Source: Lysobacterales bacterium
GTDB taxonomy: Bacteria; Pseudomonadota; Gammaproteobacteria; Xanthomonadales; SZUA-5
DNA: 64,000 bases
Reading direction: 5' to 3'
Assembly (NCBI GenBank): GCA_022844165.1
Contig: JALHMH010000004.1
Location: 151,509-215,508, forward strand
Below the pieces are notes generated by a model that was given only the letters and a program-made list of their open reading frames with translations, did no database searches and was not told the origin of the DNA. This document shows, piece by piece, positions 1 through 9,943 of the stretch (position 1 is the first letter of the stretch; each line of letters starts with the position of its first letter). The position numbers were made by a program, and so were the translations under genes.

Positions 1-1
1 T

Positions 2-151
2 GCTTTTCAGCACGCCAAGGGCACTGCGCGAAACGCGTACCGGGCAAAATTCGAAGCGCTGCGCGAGCGAAGTGGTACGCAAGAGCGTTCATTGGACGCA
101 CAGGAGCGTCGCAGGCAGTTCGGTCAATTGTCGTTGTCTGGCCGTTGGTGA
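2..151 (+). CDS. 3' end of an unknown CDS entering the window (partial)
   Basis: Open frame from nt 2 (AFQHAKGTARNAYRAKFEALR...SGRW) ending in TGA at 149-151, convergent with the next gene. Confidence 0.5.
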   Translation, partial: AFQHAKGTARNAYRAKFEALRERSGTQERSLDAQERRRQFGQLSLSGRW

Positions 152-159
152 CGATCGGT

Positions 160-570
160 TTATTGCGCGCGCCGGGCTCGAACCAAAATGCCGTTTGGTG
201 TTTTCAGCATGAAGCCGCCGAACGAGCCCGTCTGTATCGAGATCGCATCGCCAGGCTTTAGCCGGTCCTTGTTCGTCTGTGCTGGCACAATCCATATTTG
301 CCCGTTTGTGAGAACGACTCGGCGGCGGTTGTCGCGCATGACATCGATTGACTGGATGGCACCTTCAATGCTCTCGGGCGCGGGCGCTGGTTCGACTCGG
401 CGCAACTGTTCGCCCGGGCTTAGACCGAATTGACTCTCGGGATCGACCGGCGTTCGTTCCCCAGGGAACAGGGCATCAAAACACGCAAGGCGTTCGCCTG
501 GGCTTTCGATTCTGGCGCAGTCCTGCGGAGACTGAGTCGCCAGCAGTGCGGCAAACAGGTGAGTCAACAT
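160..570 (-). CDS. Small secreted hypothetical protein
   Basis: ATG at 570 gives signal-like MLTHLFAALLA, then C-x10-C (CARIESPGERLACFD) and a C-terminal beta-rich segment (LTNGQIW...PGDAISIQTGSFGGFML). Confidence 0.7.
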   Translation of the reverse strand: MLTHLFAALLATQSPQDCARIESPGERLACFDALFPGERTPVDPESQFGLSPGEQLRRVEPAPAPESIEGAIQSIDVMRDNRRRVVLTNGQIWIVPAQTNKDRLKPGDAISIQTGSFGGFMLKTPNGILVRARRAQ

Positions 571-701
571 GAGGGTATGCCAGCTGGGAATGGAAGCGAT
601 GCTGCCGAGCGCACATCCCAAGTGTCAACTGCGCGGATGGCGAGCGCCGCGGACCGCAGATATGGTCAAATGCCGCACTCTGGGTTTTCGGCGTGTTTCC
701 G

Positions 702-1835
702 ATGGCGCGCATACGCGTACTGCACTTCGTGACAGGTGGATTCTCCGGCGGCGCCACTCAGGTGGCGATCGCTCTGGTCGATGCGGCTCGTGCTGCGGGC
801 AATATGGAACCACTCCTGGTGCTGCGTCGAAAACGGCGCACGCCGCCAGGTCGAATCGAAGAGCTGCAAGCGCGCGGAGTGCCGCTCGATGTTGTGCCGG
901 GTTGGTCGCGACTGGCGACAATTTTGGCACTTGCGAAAATCTGTCGGCGTTTCAAGCCGGATGTACTGGTGGCGCATGGGTTTACGGAACATTTGTGGGG
1001 CCGCTATGCGGGACTGATGGCGGGCGTTCGCTGTTTGGTTCAGGTGGAGCAAAACACTCGTGAGCGCTACCGCCGTTGGCATCTATGGCAAACACGGTGG
1101 CTGGCGCAGCGCAGCGCTGCGCTGGTTGGGTGCTCCGAGGGTGTTCGCCAGGTGCTCCTGGCACAAGGGCTGCCGCCGGATCGGGCAATTGCCATTTCAA
1201 ACGGCATCGACTTGACGCCGTTCGCATTGGCCGGCCAGTTCGTCTGGGCGGATCGTGAGCCTGCGATCGTCATGGTGGCGCGTTTTTCGCGGCAGAAAGA
1301 TCATGCAACATTGCTACGCGCAGTCGCGTTGCTGCGAGGGCACGGGCTGCATCCAAAAGTCCGCTTGGCTGGCGGCGGCAAGCCGCTGCATCGCAAGCCA
1401 GTCGAGGCGCTCGCCGCGAAGCTCGGATTGTCTCAACAAGTGGAGTTCTTGGGTGTACATCGCGATGTGCCGGGTCTGCTCATGCGGCACCGCGTTTCGG
1501 TGCTGAGTACCCATTGGGAGGGTATGCCGTTGGCGCTGATCGAAGCGATGGCTGCTGGGTGCGCGGTGGTGGGTAGTGCTGTGCCGGGTGTGCGTGAAGT
1601 CGTGAAAGATGGCGAAGATGGGCGTTTGGTTGCGCCGCGCGACCCTGCTCAGCTCGCCGAAGTGTTGCGAGCGCTGCTTGCCGACGATGGGCCGGGCGCA
1701 CTTTTGGCGCAAGCAGCTCGGCTTCGCGCGATCGCAGAGTCAGGTCGTGAACGCATGAACGCCAGATACGAAGCCTTGTTTCTGGGCTTGGCAAACGATA
1801 GCGGTATTCCGGGCGAGCTCAGGCATTCAAGCTGA
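702..1835 (+). CDS. Glycosyltransferase family 4 (GT-B)
   Basis: N-terminal RVLHFVTGGFSGGA; MVARFSRQKDH; EX7E motif EGMPLALIEAMAAG. Confidence 0.93.
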   Translation: MARIRVLHFVTGGFSGGATQVAIALVDAARAAGNMEPLLVLRRKRRTPPGRIEELQARGVPLDVVPGWSRLATILALAKICRRFKPDVLVAHGFTEHLWGRYAGLMAGVRCLVQVEQNTRERYRRWHLWQTRWLAQRSAALVGCSEGVRQVLLAQGLPPDRAIAISNGIDLTPFALAGQFVWADREPAIVMVARFSRQKDHATLLRAVALLRGHGLHPKVRLAGGGKPLHRKPVEALAAKLGLSQQVEFLGVHRDVPGLLMRHRVSVLSTHWEGMPLALIEAMAAGCAVVGSAVPGVREVVKDGEDGRLVAPRDPAQLAEVLRALLADDGPGALLAQAARLRAIAESGRERMNARYEALFLGLANDSGIPGELRHSS

Positions 1836-1846
1836 TCTCGGCGTGC

Positions 1847-1873
1847 CAGCGGAGCGCCGTTGGCGCTCCGCTG
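1847..1873. terminator. GC-rich hairpin between convergent genes (terminator or REP-like)
   Basis: Perfect 12-bp stem CAGCGGAGCGCC-GTT-GGCGCTCCGCTG. Confidence 0.55.
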
Positions 1874-1884
1874 AAACACGGTGG

Positions 1885-2967
1885 TTACCAACTCTCTTCG
1901 AAGGAGCAGAACTTCTTCTCGCGCCGTGCCGGATCCTGGCCGAAGGCTCTGTTGCTGCACTCGACGCCGTCACGGAAACGGCGCACGATGTGTCTGCCAT
2001 CTTCCGCCGAGTAGCGCACGTTTCGGGTTCCCCGAAACTCGCAATAGTCGTTCTCGCGTGCGCAATAGACCCAATGGCCGCCACCCCAGTCGCTGCCACC
2101 GAAACCGCCATCGGTTTGGTAGTCGCAGGCTTTTTTGTCCCCGGGAGCGGGGTCGCCGAAGGTGCGGTTGTCGCAAGAGTGAGCGCCGCGCGGAAGTCGC
2201 CTGAAGGTATATCGCCCGTTTGCCCCATAGCGCACAGTGGCAGAGGTCGGCAGCTGGCAACTGCGTCCTTCGCGTGCGCAGTAAGTCCATTGCCCACCCC
2301 ACTGATAGTCTCCGCCGCCATAGTAGCCGTCATCGTATCCAGGCTGACCGCCGCCGTATCCAGGCTGACCGTGGGTCACTAGCACATCGCAGTATTTTCT
2401 CGATCGTGGTGCGGGATCGCCAAAGGTCTCGTTGCCGCAGAACACTGATCCGCCGCGTACCTGACGCTCATAGAAGCGGCCATCGGCACCGTAACGCACC
2501 GTTGCGAACGCGCCGCCGAAGCGACAGTTCTCGCCTTCGCGCGCGCACCGTTGCCAACCATCCGAATCCCAGTGGTCGTCGGGGTAGCCGCCGCCATGGC
2601 CGCCATGGTCGAAATAGCGCAACTCGCAGGACTTCTTGGTGCCGGGTGCCGGATCGCTGAACATCCGATTGTCGCAATCCAGAGTGGCGAAATTCACTTC
2701 GCGATACACATAACGGCCGCGCGCGCCGTAGCGTACTACGGCCCAGCCATCCGCCGTGCAACGGTCGCCTTCGCGCGCGCAGTATTCCCACTCGCCGTAG
2801 GCGCCGTAGCTGCCGCGTTTTGCGCCACCGGCTTGTACCGGATCTGAGCCGGATTGATCGCCGATAAAACCTCTTCTCGGCTGAGCGACTCCCTGCGTTC
2901 CGATGAATAGCGCCAGTAGCGCAACCAAGAAGACATCGAACCGAAACGAATCTCTAAACATCGGCAT
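1885..2967 (-). CDS. Secreted protein with four tandem ~57-aa Cys-rich repeats (SUEL-lectin-like)
   Basis: Signal peptide; four copies of W..CARE...C...VRY(G/S)A.GR...C.N..F.DPA....K.C separated by Gly/Tyr/Asp-rich linkers. Confidence 0.8.
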   Translation of the reverse strand: MPMFRDSFRFDVFLVALLALFIGTQGVAQPRRGFIGDQSGSDPVQAGGAKRGSYGAYGEWEYCAREGDRCTADGWAVVRYGARGRYVYREVNFATLDCDNRMFSDPAPGTKKSCELRYFDHGGHGGGYPDDHWDSDGWQRCAREGENCRFGGAFATVRYGADGRFYERQVRGGSVFCGNETFGDPAPRSRKYCDVLVTHGQPGYGGGQPGYDDGYYGGGDYQWGGQWTYCAREGRSCQLPTSATVRYGANGRYTFRRLPRGAHSCDNRTFGDPAPGDKKACDYQTDGGFGGSDWGGGHWVYCARENDYCEFRGTRNVRYSAEDGRHIVRRFRDGVECSNRAFGQDPARREKKFCSFEESW

Positions 2968-3101
2968 TTCTCCCCGAGCAGACGGATGCGAACCAAGTTC
3001 GCCTGGATGCTTTCATATCACAGGGCGCAAAGCGATCCCAGGCTTGAAACGAACGATCCGCGTCACCGGTCGAACGGAAGGTGAACAGTCGGACGGTCGC
3101 T

Positions 3102-4949
3102 TCACTGCGCCGTTTCTGTGTCGCCTCGCGAAGACTGGCGCAGACGCACTTTCGCCAAGGCGCGGTCGAACTTCTGTCGTTCCGGGTGATCGGCGGGATA
3201 GCTGACTTCGATCACGGGCCGGGCGCGTTCTAGTTCTGATGCGGCCAGTTCGAGCGCACCTTGCGCCATCGCTACTTCGGCACGCAGCCATGCTGCTTCG
3301 GCCTGACGTTCGGGTGAAAACTGCTGGCGATGTGATTGGTGCAGTTGTACAACTTCGGCCCATGCGGCAGCTGCGCCGTCCAGATCGCCCAGGTGCATCA
3401 AGGCGCGTGCGCGTTGGCGTTGAACGTTTTCGGTGTCGCCAATCGAGACGGTGCCGGCAAGCGCACGGGCACTGGCGAGATCGAGAAGCTGTCGGGCGCG
3501 CTCGGTTTCGCCCAAACCTGCCAATGTGGCCGCGATGCTGGAAAGCGCGTTCAGTGCAGGCCCGGAGGGTGTACTCAGATGCGCCGCTTCGATCCGTTGC
3601 GCCAACATCAATGCGGTCTCGCGGTGATCAACGATCAGCGCCCACAGTCGCAAAGCGTCGATTGTCTCCGAGGCCGTCAGTGCGGCGCCGATTCTCAGCG
3701 CTCGATCGAGCACGATTTGCGCGTCTTCGAATCGACCCAGATTGATCAACCCGGCCGCCAACTCGCTGGAGGCCTCAAGGACAAGGGCCGGCGGCGCGTC
3801 TTTTCGGTTGGCAAGCACACTCGCGGCAGCCAGCAATAAATCGCCCGCGGGTGGCTCCCGCCCGCGATAACGATCCGGACTGACCGCCGAAATCACATCG
3901 ATCAGAGTCGCCAGATGGGCGCGGGCTTGTGCCGCCTCGTGTGCGGCTACCCGGGCCTGATAAGCAAAGCCGATGCCACCGACCGCTAACGCCGCCGCCA
4001 CGGTGCCGCCTGCCAGGAGGGGCCATCGATGGATGCGCGCGAAGGCCATCGTCCGCTCACGACGACTGTCGATGCCGCTGCGCAGCGGTTTTCCGGCTCG
4101 CGCATCGCGTAGATCGTCGGCCAGGGCAGTGGCACTGGGATACCGCGCGGTCGCCTGTTCGTGGGTGGCGCGATCAGCGATGCGCTTTGCGCTGGCCGTC
4201 AGTTCGTCGCCCAACAGCTCTGCGATCAGTCGACCGATGGCGTACACATCGACAGCTGTTGTGGCGATCTCTCCCCGATGCTGCTCTGGCGCAGCGTATC
4301 GCGGGGTCATGGGCCGCAGATCGGTCAATGTGGCGCATTGGTCCGAGTCGTCTTCCAGCTTGGCGATTCCAAAATCCAGCAGCCGCGGATGGCCGTCGCT
4401 GGCCAACATGACGTTGCCTGGCTTGATATCGCGGTGAATGACCAGTGCCGCATGAGCGTATGCCACGGCTTCGCAAAGTTCGATGAGAATGCCCAGGCGC
4501 TGATCGACCGACAAACGCAGCCGTGCTTCCATCAACGTGGTGCCGTCGATCAGCTCCATCGCCAACCAGGGTTGGCCATCGCGATCGATGCCGCCGTCCA
4601 ACAGCTTCGCGATGTGTGGATGCTGAAGGCGCGACAGGATTGCGCGTTCGCGTGCAAAGCGCTGCGCACGTTCAGGGCCAAGGCCGTGGTGCATCCGTTT
4701 GAGCGCGACCGCCTGTTCGAATGCACCATCGTCGCGTCGCGCCAGGTACACCACGCCCATCCCGCCGCGGCCAAGTTCTTTTTCGATACGGTACGGACCA
4801 ATTCGCGCTGGACTGGCTTGATCTAACAGCGCCAACAACTCCTCATGCAGGTCGCTGTCGACTTGAGCCAGCGCGGCGCTTCTGAGAGGCAATGGCACAT
4901 CGAGCAATCGATGGAAGGCGTTGCGCAAACGATCGAAGCGCGCGTCCAT
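3102..4949 (-). CDS. Hanks-type Ser/Thr protein kinase with TM segment and helical TPR-like C-terminus
   Basis: ELGRGGMGVVY, VALK, HRDIKPGN, LDFGIAK, YAAPEQ; TM LLAGGTVAAALAVGGIGFAY. Start placed at ATG 4949, next to the sigma stop. Confidence 0.93.
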   Translation of the reverse strand: MDARFDRLRNAFHRLLDVPLPLRSAALAQVDSDLHEELLALLDQASPARIGPYRIEKELGRGGMGVVYLARRDDGAFEQAVALKRMHHGLGPERAQRFARERAILSRLQHPHIAKLLDGGIDRDGQPWLAMELIDGTTLMEARLRLSVDQRLGILIELCEAVAYAHAALVIHRDIKPGNVMLASDGHPRLLDFGIAKLEDDSDQCATLTDLRPMTPRYAAPEQHRGEIATTAVDVYAIGRLIAELLGDELTASAKRIADRATHEQATARYPSATALADDLRDARAGKPLRSGIDSRRERTMAFARIHRWPLLAGGTVAAALAVGGIGFAYQARVAAHEAAQARAHLATLIDVISAVSPDRYRGREPPAGDLLLAAASVLANRKDAPPALVLEASSELAAGLINLGRFEDAQIVLDRALRIGAALTASETIDALRLWALIVDHRETALMLAQRIEAAHLSTPSGPALNALSSIAATLAGLGETERARQLLDLASARALAGTVSIGDTENVQRQRARALMHLGDLDGAAAAWAEVVQLHQSHRQQFSPERQAEAAWLRAEVAMAQGALELAASELERARPVIEVSYPADHPERQKFDRALAKVRLRQSSRGDTETAQ

Positions 4950-4951
4950 GG

Positions 4952-5527
4952 TCAAGACAATCGCTGCGCCAGCCACGCCCTTGCAAACGCATAATCGCGA
5001 TACACGGTGCGTTCGTCGATGTCGAGCAACGCGGCCACCTCGCCGACCTCAAGGCCCCCGAAGTACCGCAGTTCGACGATGCTCGCGACACGGGCATCCG
5101 CCAGGCCCAGATCGGCGAGCGCCGCGTCGAGGTCAAGCAGATCGTGAGTTGCATCGATGGCAACCGGCATCCACTGAGTGATGTCGACGCGCTGCCAGTC
5201 GCCGCCGCGCTTTTCGCGTCCGATCGCGCGTGCCCGATCGATCAGCAGTTGCCGCATCACTTTGGCGGCGGTGGTGAAAAAATGCTTGCGGTTCTGCAGA
5301 TTCAGCGATTGCGCGCCGATCAGTTTGAGCAGAGCGTCGTGCACCAGGGCGGTGGGTTGCAGGGTCGCATGATGGTCCTTGCCACGCAGGGCGCTGGCCG
5401 CGAGCTGTCGAAGCTGCCCGTATACGGCGGGCACAAGCCGGGCAAACGCGTCCGCATCGCCTTGTTGCCACGCACTAAGCCAGGTCGTGATCTCGTTGTC
5501 ATGCATGTTTCGATGACCGCTCGTCAT
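4952..5527 (-). CDS. ECF sigma factor, kinase-associated type (ECF43/TIGR02999-like)
   Basis: TLQPTALVHDA, FFTTAAKVMRQLLIDRAR, KRGG, VELRYFGGL, FARAWL. ATGA overlap with the upstream gene; alternative start at 5506. Confidence 0.92.
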   Translation of the reverse strand: MTSGHRNMHDNEITTWLSAWQQGDADAFARLVPAVYGQLRQLAASALRGKDHHATLQPTALVHDALLKLIGAQSLNLQNRKHFFTTAAKVMRQLLIDRARAIGREKRGGDWQRVDITQWMPVAIDATHDLLDLDAALADLGLADARVASIVELRYFGGLEVGEVAALLDIDERTVYRDYAFARAWLAQRLS

Positions 5528-8500
5528 TTTGGAACCACGATTCGCGGCGCGTTGGCCGCATCCAGTGCAGCTTCCAATTGCGCTAACTCAGTGGTTCGCA
5601 GCGTCGCCAGCGCGCGCTCAATGGCGTTTAGTTCTGCGAGCAGTTGATCGCGTCGCGTCGTCATGCCCTGCGTCGGCGCGTGGTCGCTATCTTGCGTCCA
5701 CGAATACAGCGGCGCCAGTTGCGAATGCAGCATGGCGCCGCCTTCGTGGCCGGTCAGAATGTCGTAGACCACTTCGGCTTTGGGATTGTGCAATCGCGAT
5801 TCGATGGCGCTCACGGCAGTGAGCAGCTTTTGCGCAGCGGCGGAAATCTCTGCGTGATTGACGTGCCGCAGCCTCAGATCCGCGGCTTGTTGGTGCACGG
5901 CTTTGGTCGTTTCGATGAGCGTCGTCGTGCGATCAAGCGCGTCGCGTAACGACAACGCAAACGCTTGATTGGCGCGCAACGCCGCCGCGTCTGCCGGCGA
6001 ACGTGGATCGGCTCTGACTTCGACGCTGCCGTCGATGCGCTTGCCATCCACCGTCAAGCGCAACGTGTAGACACCCGGCAGCGCCAGTGGCCCCAGATCC
6101 GGATTGCCAAGATCGACCTTGGTAGCGAAACGCCGTGCTCCCTCCAGTCGCAGGTCCCACACCGCTTGTTGCAAGCCGATACGCTTGCTCAACGCCGGCT
6201 TGGGTTCTTCTTCGGGTTCATCGGGGTCGTCGCCCGCATATCTGGCAGGTACTGGTTTCGACGACAGCGTCCGCAGTGTGCGGCCGTCGGCGTCGAGGAT
6301 GCTCAGGCTGATCTCGTCTTTCGGTTCAACGCCCAACCAGTAGCGAATGATCGCGCCATCCGGCGGATTGGGTAACGCACCGCGGGCGAGAAAATCCCAG
6401 CGCGCCTCGCTGCGAAACCGATGCCCCACAGCACCGGGCAACAGCGCCACATTTTGTGCGCGTGCGGCGGGCAGGGCGCGTAAGCTGGCCAGACCTTCCA
6501 AGACCCAGAACGATCGGCCTCTCGTGGCGACGATCAGATCGCCATGTTTGACTTCAAGATCGGTCACTGTCACGCGCGGCAGGTTCAGCGTCAGATCCGC
6601 CCAGTTGCCGCCGCCATTGTGCGAGTACCAGATGCCGCGGTCGGTGCCCAAATACAGAACATTGGCATCGTCGCGATCTTCGCGCAGCACCCACAGCGGC
6701 AGATCGTCCGGCAATCCGGTGCTCACACTTTGCCAACTGCGGCCAAAATCGCGTGTGCGGAACAGGTACGGCCGGAAATCATCCATGCGATAGCGATGGA
6801 CGACAACGTACGCAGTTCCAGCCGACACCCGCGATGGTTCGATGAACTCGACAGTGCCCCATTCAGGCATTCCTTTGGGGGTGATGTTGGACCAGCTGGC
6901 GCCGGCATCGCGACTGAGGTGAACCAGGCCATCGTCGCTGCCCACCCAGATTTCGCCTGCGGTCACCGGCGATTCGGCAATCGAAAAAATCGTGCCGTAG
7001 GTTTCAACGCCCGTGATGTCCCCGGTGATCGGCCCACCTGTCCACTGTTGTTTGCTGGTGTCGTTGCGCGTCAGGTCGCCGCTGATGGTGCTCCAGCTCT
7101 GACCTTGATCGTTGCTGCGGAACAGCACATTGGCGCCGTGGTAAACCACTTTCAGATTGTGCGGCGAGGCGGCCAGTGGCGCGGTCCACTGGAAGCGGTA
7201 ATCGAGCTTCTCGGGCGCCATGCCGGAAGGATTGGCCGGCCACGCGCTGATGTTGCGGATTTGGCCCGTGCCGATGATCGTGTGCGAGAGATAACCGCCG
7301 TATTCGCCGGCGTAGATGCCGCCTGGCGTACTCGGATCGAACAGCACATCGCCGGCTTCGCCGCCGCCGATCATGAGCCAGTTGCCGAGCGGATTGTCGC
7401 CATTGACCAACGAGCGCGATGGTCCCATCGCGGTGCCCCAATCCTGAATCGTGCCGGCGATCCGATAGGGAATGCTGTCGTCCACATCGAGATTGTAGAT
7501 TTGCGCCAATGGCAGCGGCGGCGTGTACCAGGTCTTGCCGCCATCCAGCGTGATGTCGAGGCCACCATCGTTGCCGCTGATCAGGCGCTTTGGATTGCTG
7601 GGATCGATCCAGATGTCGTGATGATCGCCGTGATGCGGTCCGGACACTTGATGCACGGTCTTGCCGCCATCGATGCTGCGCAGCAAAGGAACCTGCGGGA
7701 ACCAGATCACATCCGCGTTGGTTGGATCGATGGTCAGTACCGTGTAATACCAGGCGCGCTGTTGCAACGAGCGGTGGGTATTGATGCGTTTCCAGGAACT
7801 GCCAGCGTCGTCGGAGCGGAACAATCCGCCCTGTTCTGCTTCGATCAAGGCGTACACGCGTTGCGCATCGCTCGGTGCCACACGCACGCCGACCTTGCCC
7901 CAATCGCCCTCTGGCAGGCCGGCTTCCGTCAGCTGAGTCCAGGTATCGCCACCGTCGATGGAACGATACAAACCGCCGCCTGGCCCGCCGCTGGTGGCAA
8001 TCCAGGGCGAACGGCGGAACTGCCACAGACCTGCGTAGACGATGTTGGGGTGTTGCGGATCGAGTGCCACGTCAGAGGCGCCGGTATCGGCGTCCTTCTT
8101 CAACACCAACTGCCAGCTGCGGCCGCCATCGCTCGTGCGGTAGACGCCGCGTTCTGCGCCCGGCCCGAATGGCGAACCCAACACCGCTGCATAGGCAATG
8201 TTCGGATCGCGCGGGTGAACGACCATCGTGCCGACCTGGCCGCGCCCTTTCCAGACATGTGTCCAGTTCTGGCCCGCATCGATCGATTTCCAGATGCCCA
8301 GGCCGATCGCCACATTGCCCCTTGGATTGGCCTCGCCGCCGCCGACATAAATGACATTAGGATCGCTCGGCGCGACGGCGATCGAACCGATCGACTGGCT
8401 GATTTCTTTGTCGAAAATCGGCGCCCAGTCCCGGCCATCGTTGTTGCTCTTCCAGACGCCGCCCTGGGCTGCAGCCGCGTACAACACTTGCGTGCCCGGT

Positions 8501-8661
8501 ACGCCGTCGACACGCGTAAACCGGCCGCCGACGCTCGGGCCGATCAATCGGTAACTCAGTTCGCCGTAGTCCGACGATTTCGCTTCTTTGGGCTTGGCCG
8601 CGTCAATCGGAGCGCAGATCAGGCAGCCGCACAGGCAGGACAGCATCAGGCGCAAGAGCAT
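5524..8661 (-). CDS. Secreted VPS10/sortilin-like BNR (Asp-box) repeat glycosyl hydrolase-like protein
   Basis: Signal peptide from ATG 8661; YRLIGPSVGGR; many S.D.G.(T/S)W Asp-boxes; HGDHHDIWIDP, GNDGG, ATRGRSFW. Confidence 0.88.
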   Translation of the reverse strand: MLLRLMLSCLCGCLICAPIDAAKPKEAKSSDYGELSYRLIGPSVGGRFTRVDGVPGTQVLYAAAAQGGVWKSNNDGRDWAPIFDKEISQSIGSIAVAPSDPNVIYVGGGEANPRGNVAIGLGIWKSIDAGQNWTHVWKGRGQVGTMVVHPRDPNIAYAAVLGSPFGPGAERGVYRTSDGGRSWQLVLKKDADTGASDVALDPQHPNIVYAGLWQFRRSPWIATSGGPGGGLYRSIDGGDTWTQLTEAGLPEGDWGKVGVRVAPSDAQRVYALIEAEQGGLFRSDDAGSSWKRINTHRSLQQRAWYYTVLTIDPTNADVIWFPQVPLLRSIDGGKTVHQVSGPHHGDHHDIWIDPSNPKRLISGNDGGLDITLDGGKTWYTPPLPLAQIYNLDVDDSIPYRIAGTIQDWGTAMGPSRSLVNGDNPLGNWLMIGGGEAGDVLFDPSTPGGIYAGEYGGYLSHTIIGTGQIRNISAWPANPSGMAPEKLDYRFQWTAPLAASPHNLKVVYHGANVLFRSNDQGQSWSTISGDLTRNDTSKQQWTGGPITGDITGVETYGTIFSIAESPVTAGEIWVGSDDGLVHLSRDAGASWSNITPKGMPEWGTVEFIEPSRVSAGTAYVVVHRYRMDDFRPYLFRTRDFGRSWQSVSTGLPDDLPLWVLREDRDDANVLYLGTDRGIWYSHNGGGNWADLTLNLPRVTVTDLEVKHGDLIVATRGRSFWVLEGLASLRALPAARAQNVALLPGAVGHRFRSEARWDFLARGALPNPPDGAIIRYWLGVEPKDEISLSILDADGRTLRTLSSKPVPARYAGDDPDEPEEEPKPALSKRIGLQQAVWDLRLEGARRFATKVDLGNPDLGPLALPGVYTLRLTVDGKRIDGSVEVRADPRSPADAAALRANQAFALSLRDALDRTTTLIETTKAVHQQAADLRLRHVNHAEISAAAQKLLTAVSAIESRLHNPKAEVVYDILTGHEGGAMLHSQLAPLYSWTQDSDHAPTQGMTTRRDQLLAELNAIERALATLRTTELAQLEAALDAANAPRIVVPK

Positions 8662-8914
8662 GTCGCATCCAGATTCGGAGTGGAACAACGATGATGTCAC
8701 GTGGCGCTCGATGGGTCTAAGTGTCGCTACATCCATGCACCTGGGATTCGCCGGCACCGGTACCCGTGCGGCGCGCAGCCTGGATGCAAATACTGAACAA
8801 CCGCGCAATCTTGCGCCTGCGGCGGATGTATCGCTCATCCTGCGAACCGCTCATTGTGCTGGAATAGACAGTTTGTGCGTGGGCTTTTCGCACTTTTTGC
8901 CAGGATCACGCTTC

Positions 8915-9943
8915 ATGTCTTCTTCGTACGCGATCAAAACACTCGGTTGGCTCGCTGCATTCATGCTTTTAACGACCAGCGTTGCGTTCGCCCAGGTGCC
9001 GTCTGAGCCCACGATTTCAGTGCAACCAGCCTCGGCGCTGGCCGTCGAGAATCGCCTGTCTGCCAGCGCTTCGGTGCAAGCGCAGAACGATTCGGCTATC
9101 GCCGCAGAGTTGGCGGCTACGATCGCAGAGGTGCACGTAGAAGCAGGGCGCAACGTGAGCAAGGGGCAGTTGCTCGTGAGCCTGGACGCGCGTGATGCGA
9201 AGCTTGCGCTCCGCCAGGCGGATGCGGCGCTCGATGCCGCGAGAGCGCAATTGCTGCTGGCCACGCAGCGCGCCGAACGCGGACGTCGACTGCGTGCCGA
9301 CCGGCATATCAGCGAAGACGAGTTGCTGGCGTTGCAGACCGGACAGGTTGCAGCGGATGCGCAGGCGACTCAGGCGCGGGCAGCGCGCGATGCCGCGGCG
9401 CGCCAATTGGAAAAGTGCAGCGTTCATGCGCCTTTTTCGGGCGTCGTATTGGAGCGTCACGCGCACGTCGGCGCGCTGGCTGCGCCGGGGACACCGCTGC
9501 TAAGGCTGGTCTCGACCGCTGCCGCAGAAGTGGAGGCACAACTGTCGCCGGATGCGGCTGAACAGATTGCGCCAGCGGTTCGAATCGAGTTCGAGTCGCA
9601 GCAACGGCGCTATGCCCTCAAGCTCGCGGCGTTGTCGCCGGTGATGGAACGCAGCACGCGCACGCGGCTCGCGCGTTTTGTCTTCGTGACTGACAGCGCG
9701 CCGGCAGGCAGCACAGGTCAGGTCAGTTGGATCGCGCCTGGCCTGTTGCTGCCGGCGGAGTTGATGGTCAAACGCGGCGACGAACGAGGTGCGTTTATCG
9801 TCGTGGACGGCAAGGCACGATTTGTTCCGGCGAAGTCCGCTGAGGAAGGCCGGCGATTCCAACTCGACGTGCCGCCCGAAACGCTGGTGGTCCACCGCGG
9901 TCAACAATCGCTCCATGACGGCGACGTGGTGCCAACAGAATGA
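8915..9943 (+). CDS. RND efflux periplasmic adaptor (MFP)
   Basis: Lipoyl-like halves (VHVEAGRNVSKGQLLVSLD; VHAPFSGVV) around an Ala-rich hairpin; ATGA overlap with the permease. Confidence 0.9.
   Translation: MSSSYAIKTLGWLAAFMLLTTSVAFAQVPSEPTISVQPASALAVENRLSASASVQAQNDSAIAAELAATIAEVHVEAGRNVSKGQLLVSLDARDAKLALRQADAALDAARAQLLLATQRAERGRRLRADRHISEDELLALQTGQVAADAQATQARAARDAAARQLEKCSVHAPFSGVVLERHAHVGALAAPGTPLLRLVSTAAAEVEAQLSPDAAEQIAPAVRIEFESQQRRYALKLAALSPVMERSTRTRLARFVFVTDSAPAGSTGQVSWIAPGLLLPAELMVKRGDERGAFIVVDGKARFVPAKSAEEGRRFQLDVPPETLVVHRGQQSLHDGDVVPTE

Noticed and set aside
6544-8694. 716-aa plus-strand ORF and similar long antisense ORFs (e.g. 45243-46556, 49576-51042)
   Set aside because: Shadow frames of well-supported opposite-strand genes in GC-rich DNA; no recognisable motifs.
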